From: Pseudomonadales bacterium
Lineage (GTDB): Bacteria > Pseudomonadota > Gammaproteobacteria > Pseudomonadales > UBA7434
Direction: 5' to 3'
Assembly: GCA_965659815.1 (NCBI GenBank)
Contig: CBFHXO010000004.1
Span: forward strand, 181 to 64,180
Length of the DNA stretch: 64,000 nucleotides
The translations under genes were made by a program, and so were the position numbers. Within the stretch, counting starts at the first letter, position 1. Every line of letters starts with the position of its first letter. Of this stretch, positions 11,475 through 20,260 are shown piece after piece. Below the pieces are notes generated by a model. The model saw nothing but the letters and a program-made list of their open reading frames with translations, searched no databases and was not told the DNA's origin.

Positions 11475-11502
11475 TCAGACCGCTACCATAGCATGAAAGT
11501 TC
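11475..11502 (-). promoter_or_regulatory. putative sigma-E/AlgU-dependent promoter of the rpoE operon
   Basis: The minus strand reads GAACTT-(17 nt)-TCTGA. This matches the recalled AlgU/sigma-E consensus GAACTT-N16/17-TCTGA. It lies about 470 nt upstream of the rpoE ATG. Confidence 0.5.
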
Positions 11503-11672
11503 AAAATCCAGCAGCAGGACCAATACGTAATTAGGGACGACCACGTATTTTAACCAGCATTTTTGCAGTCTAACGGTCACTACGACAGTTCTACAGGTAG
11601 GCGTTTATCCCGGTAGGTGCCCGCAATGGCCAGTACCAGCACCACTGGCAATACAATCAATCGAGTTTATTT

Positions 11673-13358
11673 ATGAGTAATGACAACCAATTTGACGTTG
11701 TGGTAATTGGCAGCGGCGCAGCAGGCCTGACACTGGCACTGGCACTGGCCGAAAAAGCTCGGGTGGCCATCATATCTAAGTCAGAACTTAGCGAGGGCTC
11801 AACCTACTATGCCCAGGGCGGCATCGCTGCAGTGCTGGATGCTGCCGATAGCGTTGATGCACATTGTGCGGATACGCTGGTTGCAGGCGCCGGCCTCTGC
11901 CATGAAGACGCTGTACGCTTTACCGTTGAGCGCAGTCGCAATGCCATTGAGTGGCTTATTAGCCAGGGCGTGGCATTTACCCGCGATGCCAACAGCAATA
12001 AACACGCTGATAGCAAAGACAAGAAAGGTGCCAATAGCAAAAGCGATGCCGCAAGTAATAAAAGTGGCGAATTGGATGAAGCCGATTACCATTTGGCACG
12101 CGAGGGTGGCCATAGCAGCAGGCGCATTATTCACGCCGCCGATGCCACCGGCAAAGCCGTATCCGACACCCTAGTCGACCGGCTGCAAGAACATCCGGCA
12201 ATAAAAACCTTTGAGCATCATGTGGCTATCGATATTATTGTCGAACGCGATAAGCCAACCCCGGTGTGCAGCGGTGTTTACCTGTTCGACTGCAAAACCA
12301 GCCAGGTTAAGGCCTTTCAGGCACGCTTTGTGGTGCTAGCTACCGGTGGTGCCAGCAAAGCTTATTTGTATACCAGCAACCCCGATGGCGCCAGTGGCGA
12401 TGGCATTGCCATGGCATGGCGCGCTGGCTGTCGCATTGCCAACATGGAATTTAACCAGTTTCACCCCACCTGTTTATATCACCCGCAGGCCAAATCGTTT
12501 TTGATTACCGAAGCTGTGCGCGGCGAGGGCGGTAAACTGTTATTACCCGATGGCCAACCGTTTATGCACAATTTTGATACGCGGCTGGAGCTGGCGCCGC
12601 GCGATGTCGTGGCCCGGGCCATTGACCACGAAATGAAACGCCTGGGTAGCGATTGCGTCTACCTCGATATTAGTCATCGCGAGCCTGAGTTTATCCGCTC
12701 GCACTTTCCCACCATTTACCAGCGCTGCCTCGACCTGGGCATTGATATGTGCAAGCAACCCATACCGGTAGTACCCGCCGCGCACTATACCTGCGGCGGC
12801 ATTATGGTTGATAACCGCAGCGCTACCGATATTACTCATCTCTATGCGATTGGCGAAACCAGCTTTACCGGCCTGCATGGTGCCAACCGTATGGCGAGCA
12901 ATTCATTACTGGAATGCATTGTTTACGCACAGGCCGCAGCAGACTCCATTCTTGAACAACTCGACCATGCCGAGTGGCAAGCCCCACCGCAGTTATGGGA
13001 TGAAACCCAGGTAACCGACTCGGATGAAGATGTGGTGATATCGCATAACTGGGATGAATTGCGCCGCTTTATGTGGGATTACGTAGGCATTGTCCGAACG
13101 ACCAAGCGTCTTGAGCGCGCCCAGCACCGGGTACAATTGCTGCGCGGCGAAATTGCCGACTACTACCGCAATTACAAGGTATCTAACGATTTAATTGAGC
13201 TGCGAAACCTGGCCCTGGTGGCCGAAATTATTATTGAGTCAGCGCTACGCCGTAAAGAGAGTCGCGGTTTGCATTACACGCTGGATTTTCCCAATGAGAA
13301 ACGCCACCCCCACGATACGATTTTGTATCCGCCGAAGTATGTTAGCGAAAGTTTATAG
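11673..13358 (+). CDS. nadB: L-aspartate oxidase
   Basis: 561 aa. FAD motif [20 protein letters not shown] and RMASNSLLE. It carries a low-complexity K/S/N-rich insertion of about 30 aa. Confidence 0.95.
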   Translation: MSNDNQFDVVVIGSGAAGLTLALALAEKARVAIISKSELSEGSTYYAQGGIAAVLDAADSVDAHCADTLVAGAGLCHEDAVRFTVERSRNAIEWLISQGVAFTRDANSNKHADSKDKKGANSKSDAASNKSGELDEADYHLAREGGHSSRRIIHAADATGKAVSDTLVDRLQEHPAIKTFEHHVAIDIIVERDKPTPVCSGVYLFDCKTSQVKAFQARFVVLATGGASKAYLYTSNPDGASGDGIAMAWRAGCRIANMEFNQFHPTCLYHPQAKSFLITEAVRGEGGKLLLPDGQPFMHNFDTRLELAPRDVVARAIDHEMKRLGSDCVYLDISHREPEFIRSHFPTIYQRCLDLGIDMCKQPIPVVPAAHYTCGGIMVDNRSATDITHLYAIGETSFTGLHGANRMASNSLLECIVYAQAAADSILEQLDHAEWQAPPQLWDETQVTDSDEDVVISHNWDELRRFMWDYVGIVRTTKRLERAQHRVQLLRGEIADYYRNYKVSNDLIELRNLALVAEIIIESALRRKESRGLHYTLDFPNEKRHPHDTILYPPKYVSESL

Positions 13359-13778
13359 CGACAGGTAAACCCGCAGTAATTGCCATTGCTGGGCGTCGAG
13401 CATATCGCGCCAGATAACCAGCACCCGCGACCTACCCTGCGGGTAGTCAATGATTTTAACCGCCAGCAAGCACGGCAATTGATAATACATTTGTACCTCA
13501 CCTACGGCGCACCATTCATCGGCAAGCTTAATACGCCAGGCTTGATTTAAGCGCTGGCCAGCGCCCGATGGTTCGCAGGCAATGCCTGAGCAGCGCCAGG
13601 CAGTGGCTGAAAACTGCCACCGCCACTCAAGCCAAAACACAATAAATAACGGGGTGATAAACCATAATGCATACGGCGTTGCATCGCGCAACACAAAGCC
13701 AAGTGCGGCCAGATAAATCATTACCAGGTAGAGACGACCCCAGTGGGTGGGCTTAAATTGTATTTGTAATGCGTCCAT
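13353..13778 (-). CDS. YgfX/CptA-like inner membrane protein (partner of SdhE)
   Basis: 141 aa with two TM segments and a C-terminal W/R-rich domain. It lies immediately downstream of sdhE, as in the E. coli ygfY-ygfX pair. The 3' end overlaps the nadB stop by 6 bp (convergent). Confidence 0.55.
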   Translation of the reverse strand: MDALQIQFKPTHWGRLYLVMIYLAALGFVLRDATPYALWFITPLFIVFWLEWRWQFSATAWRCSGIACEPSGAGQRLNQAWRIKLADEWCAVGEVQMYYQLPCLLAVKIIDYPQGRSRVLVIWRDMLDAQQWQLLRVYLSL

Positions 13779-13824
13779 GCATATTTTCCAGTTAAATGAA
13801 TAAAGCGTAAAAAAACCTGTCCAA

Positions 13825-14109
13825 CTAGCTACCGGCGATGCGCTGCCGATTAAAGTCGAGAATTAGCTCAACTATGGTCGCAAGCTCGGCATCATCGACC
13901 GTGGCCTTTTTTAAAAACCAGTTAAATAAATCTTGGTCTTCACTCGTGAGCAAGCGCCGATAACCCGCTCGTTGCGCCTCATCGAGATTAAGGTAGTGGT
14001 TTTTCACAAAGGGCTCGAGCACTATATCTAGCTCTAACATACCGCGTCGGCTATGCCAGATAACACGATTGTACTCGGCCCGTTCAATATCAGTTAATGT
14101 AGGGTTCAT
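13825..14109 (-). CDS. sdhE: FAD assembly factor SdhE (YgfY/CptB family)
   Basis: 94 aa. SdhE core motif RRGMLELD, and DQDLFNW. Confidence 0.85.
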   Translation of the reverse strand: MNPTLTDIERAEYNRVIWHSRRGMLELDIVLEPFVKNHYLNLDEAQRAGYRRLLTSEDQDLFNWFLKKATVDDAELATIVELILDFNRQRIAGS

Positions 14110-14164
14110 AGCGCGTAATGATACCTTATACGCAGTGATAACTTAAACCAATCGCGGCTTCCCA

Positions 14165-14196
14165 CAGCACTATCAAAACAGCGCTATCAAAACAGC
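14165..14196. repeat. tandem 14-bp repeat (CAGCRCTATCAAAA x2.3) upstream of ygfZ
   Basis: Read directly; there is one mismatch between the copies. Confidence 0.85.
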
Positions 14197-14339
14197 CTAG
14201 CCGGTATTTGCCAAAGCATGCCTTTATCCACGACAATAGTCTTGTCTACAATAGTCCTTTCCAGAATAGCATTGACTACAATACCGTTGACGGCACTATC
14301 AGGCGAATAACCCCAGTTTGCTCAACCCAGGATTTATCC

Positions 14340-15512
14340 ATGCCCAGCACACCAACCCCCGCACCCACCACAGCGACACAAGGCCTCGAGCCACTCGACG
14401 AATGGTGGCTAACACGGCTGGCCGAATTGCCCGGGCTTGAGTATCGTGATAACGAAAGTGTTTGCCAGCGCCCAAGGGATACAGACGCTGCGCTGTACCC
14501 TTTGCATAACTACAGTTTAATCAGTGCCAGTGGCGCCGATGCCAGCCAATTCTTACAGGGCCAGCTCAGCGCCGATATTGAGGCACTCGAGCGCGGCCAA
14601 ACCGTATTGGCCGCCCACTGCGACCCCAAGGGCAGGATGCACGCCAATTTTTATTTGCACTGCGTCGATAACAATCACTACCTGTTATTGCTGGCACGGG
14701 ATATCGTCACCAGCGCACTCGCAGCTTTAAAAAAATATGCGGTATTTTCAAAAGTTAGCATTGAGGATATCTCTGCGCAGTATGCCTTGATTGCCGCCAG
14801 CCATTTGCCAGCCATACCTAGCGCCGACTACTGTATTGCACTGGATAGCGACCTGTTTAGCGATGCCAGCCATAGCAGCAACAATAGCAGCAACAATAGC
14901 AGCAACAATAGCAGCAACGATGGCAACAAGCCCGCCCTATACCTGATAGCCAGCAGCAGGGAGAATTTCCCTGCCACTCTTGCGGCCATCACCAGCCACT
15001 ACCAAACGGCGACCAATACCGCTTTGCACTGGCGCGGCTCAGCAGACTGGGAGACCTTATTGGTGAAGGCCGGTATTGCTTTCGTCCACGCCCAGACCGT
15101 GGGGGAGTTTATTCCGCAAATGCTGAATTTTGACCTGATTGGCGGCATCAGTTTTACCAAAGGCTGCTACACCGGCCAGGAAATCATTGCCAGAATGAAA
15201 TACCGCGGCAAGGTTAAACGACGCTGTATTGGCTTTACATGCCCAGCAACTGAGCGACCGGCGCCCGGCACACCGGTGTTTGTCGTGGGCGAACAACCGC
15301 TAGATGGCAGCGAACAGCCTGTTGGTATGGTGGTTAATGCAATTGCTGCGCAAAACCCGATCAGTGACCATCTCTACTTAGGCCAGGCGGTGATTAAAAC
15401 AGCAGTGCTAAAAAATCCCGAAAAAGCCAGCCTGGGCCTCAATTTAGCCGGCTCAACGGCCAAAATTACGCTAACAATGCCCCCTTATGCTATACCTAAA
15501 GATGAGGACTAA
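14340..15512 (+). CDS. ygfZ: folate-binding Fe-S cluster repair / tRNA-modification protein YgfZ
   Basis: GcvT-like fold with the YgfZ signature KGCYTGQEIIARMKYRG. I take the start at the ATG preceded by AGGA; the track ORF starts further upstream at 14208. It contains an SSNN repeat insertion. Confidence 0.8.
   Translation: MPSTPTPAPTTATQGLEPLDEWWLTRLAELPGLEYRDNESVCQRPRDTDAALYPLHNYSLISASGADASQFLQGQLSADIEALERGQTVLAAHCDPKGRMHANFYLHCVDNNHYLLLLARDIVTSALAALKKYAVFSKVSIEDISAQYALIAASHLPAIPSADYCIALDSDLFSDASHSSNNSSNNSSNNSSNDGNKPALYLIASSRENFPATLAAITSHYQTATNTALHWRGSADWETLLVKAGIAFVHAQTVGEFIPQMLNFDLIGGISFTKGCYTGQEIIARMKYRGKVKRRCIGFTCPATERPAPGTPVFVVGEQPLDGSEQPVGMVVNAIAAQNPISDHLYLGQAVIKTAVLKNPEKASLGLNLAGSTAKITLTMPPYAIPKDED
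14874..14921 (+). repeat. in-frame 12-bp tandem repeat (AGCAGCAACAAT x4) encoding (SSNN)3-SSND inside ygfZ
   Basis: Read directly from both DNA and translation. Confidence 0.9.
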
Positions 15513-15642
15513 AAGCCCGAATGATTAATATCGCGAGTATTTATAGATTTAATAATTGACGAGTTAGCCAGGTGCCATTCAAGCGCCACCCAAGGTCAAT
15601 GGGCAAATCGCATACACCTTAATAACCAATAAGGTTCCAATA

Positions 15643-16512
15643 ATGCCCGCAGGAAAAAGAGCCCCGGCAATGTCTACAATAATTGAACAGGTTCGCACCA
15701 AGCTGATTGACGCAATTGATAGCGATCAACTCACCCTGCCAACACTACCCGAAGTCGCCTTGCATGTGCGCGAAGCCGCACAGGACCCCAATGTCAGTGT
15801 CGCCTCACTATCTGCGGTGATTGCACGCGATGCTGCGATTACTGCCCGGGTCATTAAAGTGTCTAACAGCCCGCTGTTTCGCGGCAGCAGCGCCATTGAA
15901 AACTTAAGAATGGCCACCACCCGACTGGGTATCAATTACACCTGCAATCTCGCTACCGGCGTGGCGATGAAACAAATGTTCCAGGCCACCACTGATATTG
16001 TCGATACGATGTTGCGTGAAACCTGGGCCCATAGCACCGATATTGCCGGTATCGCACACGCGCTGGCCAAAGGCTGCCCGCGGCTGCAAGCCGACCAGGC
16101 CAGTCTGGCCGGCCTGACCCACCGCATTGGTGTGCTGCCCATACTAACCTTCGCCGAGGAGCACCGAAAACTACTGGCAAACGTCGATATTCTCAACGAA
16201 GTGATTGAAGCAATTCACCCCGAAATTGGTACGCGTATTTTGCAGGCCTGGAATTTCCCTGAAGAGCTGGTCAATGTGCCCAAACAATACCAGGACTTTA
16301 GCCGCGAAATACCTGCACCCGATTACGCTGACCTGGTCACTGTCGCCAGCCTGCAATGCGCCCAGGGCTGCGATCACCCGCTGGCCGGTATCGATTTATC
16401 AACGGTAAACGCCTTTGGGCGACTAGGCCTAAGCCAACCGGTAGACGAAGAACAGGAAGAAAGTAAACAGTTTATCGAACATATTGAACTGGCCGTTGCC
16501 GCTTACAACTAG
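15643..16512 (+). CDS. HDOD domain-containing signalling protein
   Basis: 289 aa. HDOD-like N-terminal pattern (LPTLPEVALHVREA...VIKVSNSPLF) and later H..IG motifs. An alternative start is the ATG at 15670. Confidence 0.75.
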   Translation: MPAGKRAPAMSTIIEQVRTKLIDAIDSDQLTLPTLPEVALHVREAAQDPNVSVASLSAVIARDAAITARVIKVSNSPLFRGSSAIENLRMATTRLGINYTCNLATGVAMKQMFQATTDIVDTMLRETWAHSTDIAGIAHALAKGCPRLQADQASLAGLTHRIGVLPILTFAEEHRKLLANVDILNEVIEAIHPEIGTRILQAWNFPEELVNVPKQYQDFSREIPAPDYADLVTVASLQCAQGCDHPLAGIDLSTVNAFGRLGLSQPVDEEQEESKQFIEHIELAVAAYN

Positions 16513-16686
16513 CCACCGGCATTTGAACCGTCAACGGTATCCCACCATCCACTAACACTTTCCGCAAGTGATTGATTGCAACAGCAATTGCGCTATTCAG
16601 CAGCCGTTCAGCTTAACTCATGATAATGACCTTGTCACAAGCACTTACGCTTGGTCACAGCCACTGACGATTGCGAGGTAATTATT

Positions 16687-17277
16687 ATGAAGGTAACCAC
16701 TGGCTTAACAATCGCAGCCCTGGCAGGCTGTTTAACCCTAACCGCATCAGCCAATGCACGCAGCAGTATTTCAATTGCCCATAGCAACTACGATGGGCTG
16801 ATACTGGCCGTGCACTATAACGACCGCCACCACAGCCACAAAAATCACCACAAGCACCATCATGGCTACTACTGTGATGAGCGACGCCACCATAAAAAGC
16901 ATGCCAAGCGGCATCGACATTATCACGATCATATTTACAACGGCTATCGCAATGTTTATCGCCATAGTTATGGTAGATATAAGTACAGTCATCACGGACA
17001 TAACCATCGACATTACGATGGCCATAAGCACTATCGTAAACAGCACGGCAAATACCATCGCTCACATAGAGGCGATTACCGCTACGGGTATCATTATCAC
17101 TCTCGTCCGTATCATCGCTCACAGGCCAGGAACATTCAAAGCCTGCACTTTTATCAAGACCTGGGCCTAAATAAGCACCAACACAAGCACAATAATAGCA
17201 AGCACGACAAGCAACATAACCGTCACCGCGATCATGAACGCGGGAAAAAACGCAAACATGAAACACCGCACCACTAA
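16687..17277 (+). CDS. secreted histidine/tyrosine/arginine/lysine-rich low-complexity protein
   Basis: GAGGT lies 8 nt before the ATG. Signal peptide MKVTTGLTIAALAGCLTLTASANA. By my manual count the mature part has about 42 His and about 20 Tyr in about 170 residues. A weak terminator follows. Confidence 0.7.
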   Translation: MKVTTGLTIAALAGCLTLTASANARSSISIAHSNYDGLILAVHYNDRHHSHKNHHKHHHGYYCDERRHHKKHAKRHRHYHDHIYNGYRNVYRHSYGRYKYSHHGHNHRHYDGHKHYRKQHGKYHRSHRGDYRYGYHYHSRPYHRSQARNIQSLHFYQDLGLNKHQHKHNNSKHDKQHNRHRDHERGKKRKHETPHH

Positions 17278-17304
17278 CACCAGCCTTAGTAAACGTTAAG
17301 ATCT

Positions 17305-17329
17305 GGCCAAGGATGGCCCTTTGTTTTTT
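17305..17329 (+). terminator. weak Rho-independent terminator after the His-rich gene
   Basis: GGCCA-agga-TGGCC followed by CTTTGTTTTTT. The stem is only 5 bp. Confidence 0.35.
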
Positions 17330-17354
17330 AGCTGCTTACCACTTAAGCGCCCAT

Positions 17355-17384
17355 TTATTTACACACTCCTTATTTACACACTCC
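17355..17384. repeat. perfect tandem 15-bp duplication (TTATTTACACACTCC x2)
   Basis: Read directly in the spacer upstream of the GDPD gene. Confidence 0.9.
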
Positions 17385-17447
17385 GTATGACGCTAAAACC
17401 GTTATCATTGTAGAATCTACGGTAGAGAATCAGCGGTAAACGCTGCT

Positions 17448-18191
17448 GTGAGGATTAAGGTTGTGCAAATATTTGGACACAGGGGAGCGGCGGGCGAGGC
17501 ACCAGAAAACACCATTGCCGGCGCCAGGCATGCGATTAGTCGCGGCACCCGCTACGTTGAAATTGACCTGCGTTTATCCGCCGATAAGCAGCTGGTCATT
17601 GTGCACGACAATTCCACCGAGCGAACCTGTGGAATAAAACGACAAATCACGCGCACCACAGCCAAACAGCTTGCCCAGCTTGATGCCAGGTCATTTGGCC
17701 CACCTTGGCCACGCAAAGCGCAGTGCGGCATACCAACGCTAAAACAATATCTGCACAGCACCCCCGAGTTAAAGCGTTATCAACTCGAGGTGAAGTCTGA
17801 TCGCAGCACCGATAAAGACCAGGTTATTGCACAGTTGGGAACACTGTTTCCCGATCGTGTTGCGGCAAAAAAGGTGGTAATCACTTCGTTCGACTACGAA
17901 TTGCTTGCCATGCTAAACGAGCGACTACCTTATTTGCGTTTTGGTGCCATCAGCTATAAAACGGCCGCGTTAAGCACTGCGAAAAAGCTGGGATGCGATT
18001 ACTTTTGTTGTTACGAATCAATAGCTACAGAAAAATTCATTCGCAAGCTGCGCCAAACCGATATGCACTTATCCGTTTGGACAGTCAACAACCCTGAATC
18101 TATTAAGCGACTCTACGCGCTTGGGGTTGATAGCATCATCACCGACTACCCCTCCATGGCCATCCCGCTGGTTAATAGCCTAATGCGTTAA
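17448..18191 (+). CDS. glycerophosphodiester phosphodiesterase family protein
   Basis: GDPD motifs FGHRGAAGEAPENT, EIDLRLSAD and VHD. The start is GTG at 17448, or more likely GTG at 17463, which has GAGG 9 nt upstream. Confidence 0.85.
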   Translation: MRIKVVQIFGHRGAAGEAPENTIAGARHAISRGTRYVEIDLRLSADKQLVIVHDNSTERTCGIKRQITRTTAKQLAQLDARSFGPPWPRKAQCGIPTLKQYLHSTPELKRYQLEVKSDRSTDKDQVIAQLGTLFPDRVAAKKVVITSFDYELLAMLNERLPYLRFGAISYKTAALSTAKKLGCDYFCCYESIATEKFIRKLRQTDMHLSVWTVNNPESIKRLYALGVDSIITDYPSMAIPLVNSLMR

Positions 18192-18318
18192 ACCTTAACG
18201 TATATCAATGGTCTGTCGACCAGCGTTCCGGGATAATCGCATGCTTTGCAGATATTGCATTTCACAATTAATAAGCGCAATTTGTAACAATCGCAACTTG
18301 CGCGGGAGCAAACCCGTT

Positions 18319-19341
18319 ATGGCAAATCAACAATGGTTATTGGCAAAGCGCCCCATAGGTATGGTGAGTGTCGACGACTTTACACTGGCGTCAGCCCCCA
18401 TGCCCACGCCGGATACGGGTGCTGGCGAAGTATTGATTAAAACGCTGATGCTTAGTTTTGACCCGGCCATGCGTGGCTGGATGGATGACAAGCCCAGCTA
18501 CTTACCGCCTGTGGCCATCGGCGAACCCATGCGAGCCTCCGGTATTGGTCAGGTTATAGAGTCAGAAAACCCTGAACTGCCAGTGGGTACATTAGTACAA
18601 GGCCTGATAGGCTGGCAGGAATTTCTGGTAGCCGGCCCAAATAGCCTGTTTCCGCCGACCGCTCTACCCGCCGGAACACCACCGAATATTGCTTTAAGTA
18701 TTATGGGCGCAACCTCACTAACCGCTTACTTTGGCTTGCTACGTATTGGCGAGCCCCAACCTGGTGAAACCGTGGTTGTATCCGGTGCCGCCGGTGCCAC
18801 CGGCTCGGCCGCGGCACAAATTGCAAAAATTAAAGGTTGCAAGGTCATTGGCATTGCAGGTGGAAAAGAAAAATGTGACTGGCTGTTAAATGCGGCAGGT
18901 ATAGACGCCGTCATCGATTATAAAAACCAGTCAATTAACGATGAACTTGCCCGCCTTTGCCCTGATGGCATTAACGTATTTTTCGATAATGTCGGTGGTG
19001 AGACCTTAGAGGCTGCAATTGAAAATGCTGCCGATTACGCGCGCTTTGTGTTGTGCGGGTCAATTTCCAATTACAACGACGACACCCCAAAACCCGGCCC
19101 AGCCAATATGTTTAGCCTGATATCCAAGCGCATCAAGATGCAAGGCTTTATTATGTTTGACTACATGGAAGAAGTAGATGCAGCAATGGCCGACCTGGTG
19201 CAGTGGCTTACTGATGGAAAACTGCAATGGCGGGAGGATATACAAGAAGGCTTTGACAATATTCCCAAAACTTTTTTACGTCTTTTTGAGGGTAGTAACC
19301 AGGGTAAGCAATTATTAAAACTCGCAGACCCTGAAGGATAA
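18319..19341 (+). CDS. NADP-dependent oxidoreductase (medium-chain dehydrogenase, YncB/leukotriene-B4 12-hydroxydehydrogenase-like)
   Basis: Start at the ATG preceded by GGGAG. Nucleotide-binding motif VSGAAGATGSAAAQIAKIKGCKVIGIAG. Confidence 0.85.
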   Translation: MANQQWLLAKRPIGMVSVDDFTLASAPMPTPDTGAGEVLIKTLMLSFDPAMRGWMDDKPSYLPPVAIGEPMRASGIGQVIESENPELPVGTLVQGLIGWQEFLVAGPNSLFPPTALPAGTPPNIALSIMGATSLTAYFGLLRIGEPQPGETVVVSGAAGATGSAAAQIAKIKGCKVIGIAGGKEKCDWLLNAAGIDAVIDYKNQSINDELARLCPDGINVFFDNVGGETLEAAIENAADYARFVLCGSISNYNDDTPKPGPANMFSLISKRIKMQGFIMFDYMEEVDAAMADLVQWLTDGKLQWREDIQEGFDNIPKTFLRLFEGSNQGKQLLKLADPEG

Positions 19342-19461
19342 GCAGGCTCTAAAAAAATCTGACCATGAAAGCTAATTCGAAACTGAAGAAACAAGCCCCA
19401 AAAAATTACCGGGGCATGACCTTATTCACTCAGCACTTTAAACATCAAAGTGCTAAGCCGA

Positions 19462-20148
19462 CTAGAGCTTAAATTCAATACTCGCAGAAATTTCTTTTAC
19501 CTCAATCTCGTCGCGATCAAATAATTCCATATATTCTGTATTGATATAAACTCGATCATTGATTTTAAAATTAATGCCAGCACCATAAGAAGCATTACGC
19601 AGTTTTGCACCGGCCGTACCGCCTGCCTCTGTTACATCAAAGTTACCGCGTGAATGACCCCAAATAACATACGGTGAGGCAAACCAGTTTTCAAAATCAC
19701 CACCTATACGAATATATCCGCCTATGTAGCTTTCCAAATTCAATTCGGCGTCTACCGGCGTGGTAAGAATTTCGAGTCGACGCACGCCCGCAATCTGGAC
19801 AAAATCGGTAACGATTTCTTCGCCGTAATCTTCTAGAGTAATAGTGCTAACACCATAACCACCGCGAACCTCAATGGCGAAATATCGATTCAGCTGGTAG
19901 CCAAATTTTACTTTCAAGCCTTCGAGATCATCATCGATATCGGAAAAACGCTCAGGACGCACACCACCATCGAGCTGCTCGATAATTACATTGGGGTCGG
20001 TAGAGTTCTCTTGCGTCGCACTCTCAACATTAGGTTGTTCATAGCCCATCGACATATAGCCTAAACCGATATACCCGCCAGCTGACGCAAACATCGATGC
20101 ACTACCTAGCACTATCGCGAGACCGGCTGCTTTCAACTTATTCATCAT
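19462..20148 (-). CDS. small outer-membrane beta-barrel (porin-family) protein
   Basis: 228 aa. Signal peptide ...ASMFASA, alternating aromatic/hydrophobic beta-strand pattern, and C-terminal ...SIEFKL. Confidence 0.65.
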   Translation of the reverse strand: MMNKLKAAGLAIVLGSASMFASAGGYIGLGYMSMGYEQPNVESATQENSTDPNVIIEQLDGGVRPERFSDIDDDLEGLKVKFGYQLNRYFAIEVRGGYGVSTITLEDYGEEIVTDFVQIAGVRRLEILTTPVDAELNLESYIGGYIRIGGDFENWFASPYVIWGHSRGNFDVTEAGGTAGAKLRNASYGAGINFKINDRVYINTEYMELFDRDEIEVKEISASIEFKL

Positions 20149-20260
20149 GATTGATATTCCAAACAGTAAAAATCAGTAATTTGTCCAAACTATTTGCTAA
20201 CTCAAACGCCTCTAGACAAAAAACTATTTAACAAGAAAAGACAAATGCTCTTATACGCTT

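Noticed and set aside
16560-16660. A half Fur-like sequence (ATGATAATGAcc) and an ATTGCAACAGCAAT palindrome upstream of the His-rich gene, as metal-regulator operators.
   Set aside because: Only half of a Fur box matches. The palindrome type (ATTGC-N-GCAAT) also occurs near grxD with different spacings, so no consistent operator model can be built by eye.
16685-17266. Long overlapping ORFs on both strands across the His-rich gene (16685-17266 minus, 16771-17058 minus, 16862-17170 plus).
   Set aside because: The low-complexity CAY/CGN/AAR-rich DNA lacks stop codons in several frames. Only the 16687-17277 frame has an SD, a signal peptide and a terminator. The others encode implausible Cys/Val/Ile-rich strings.
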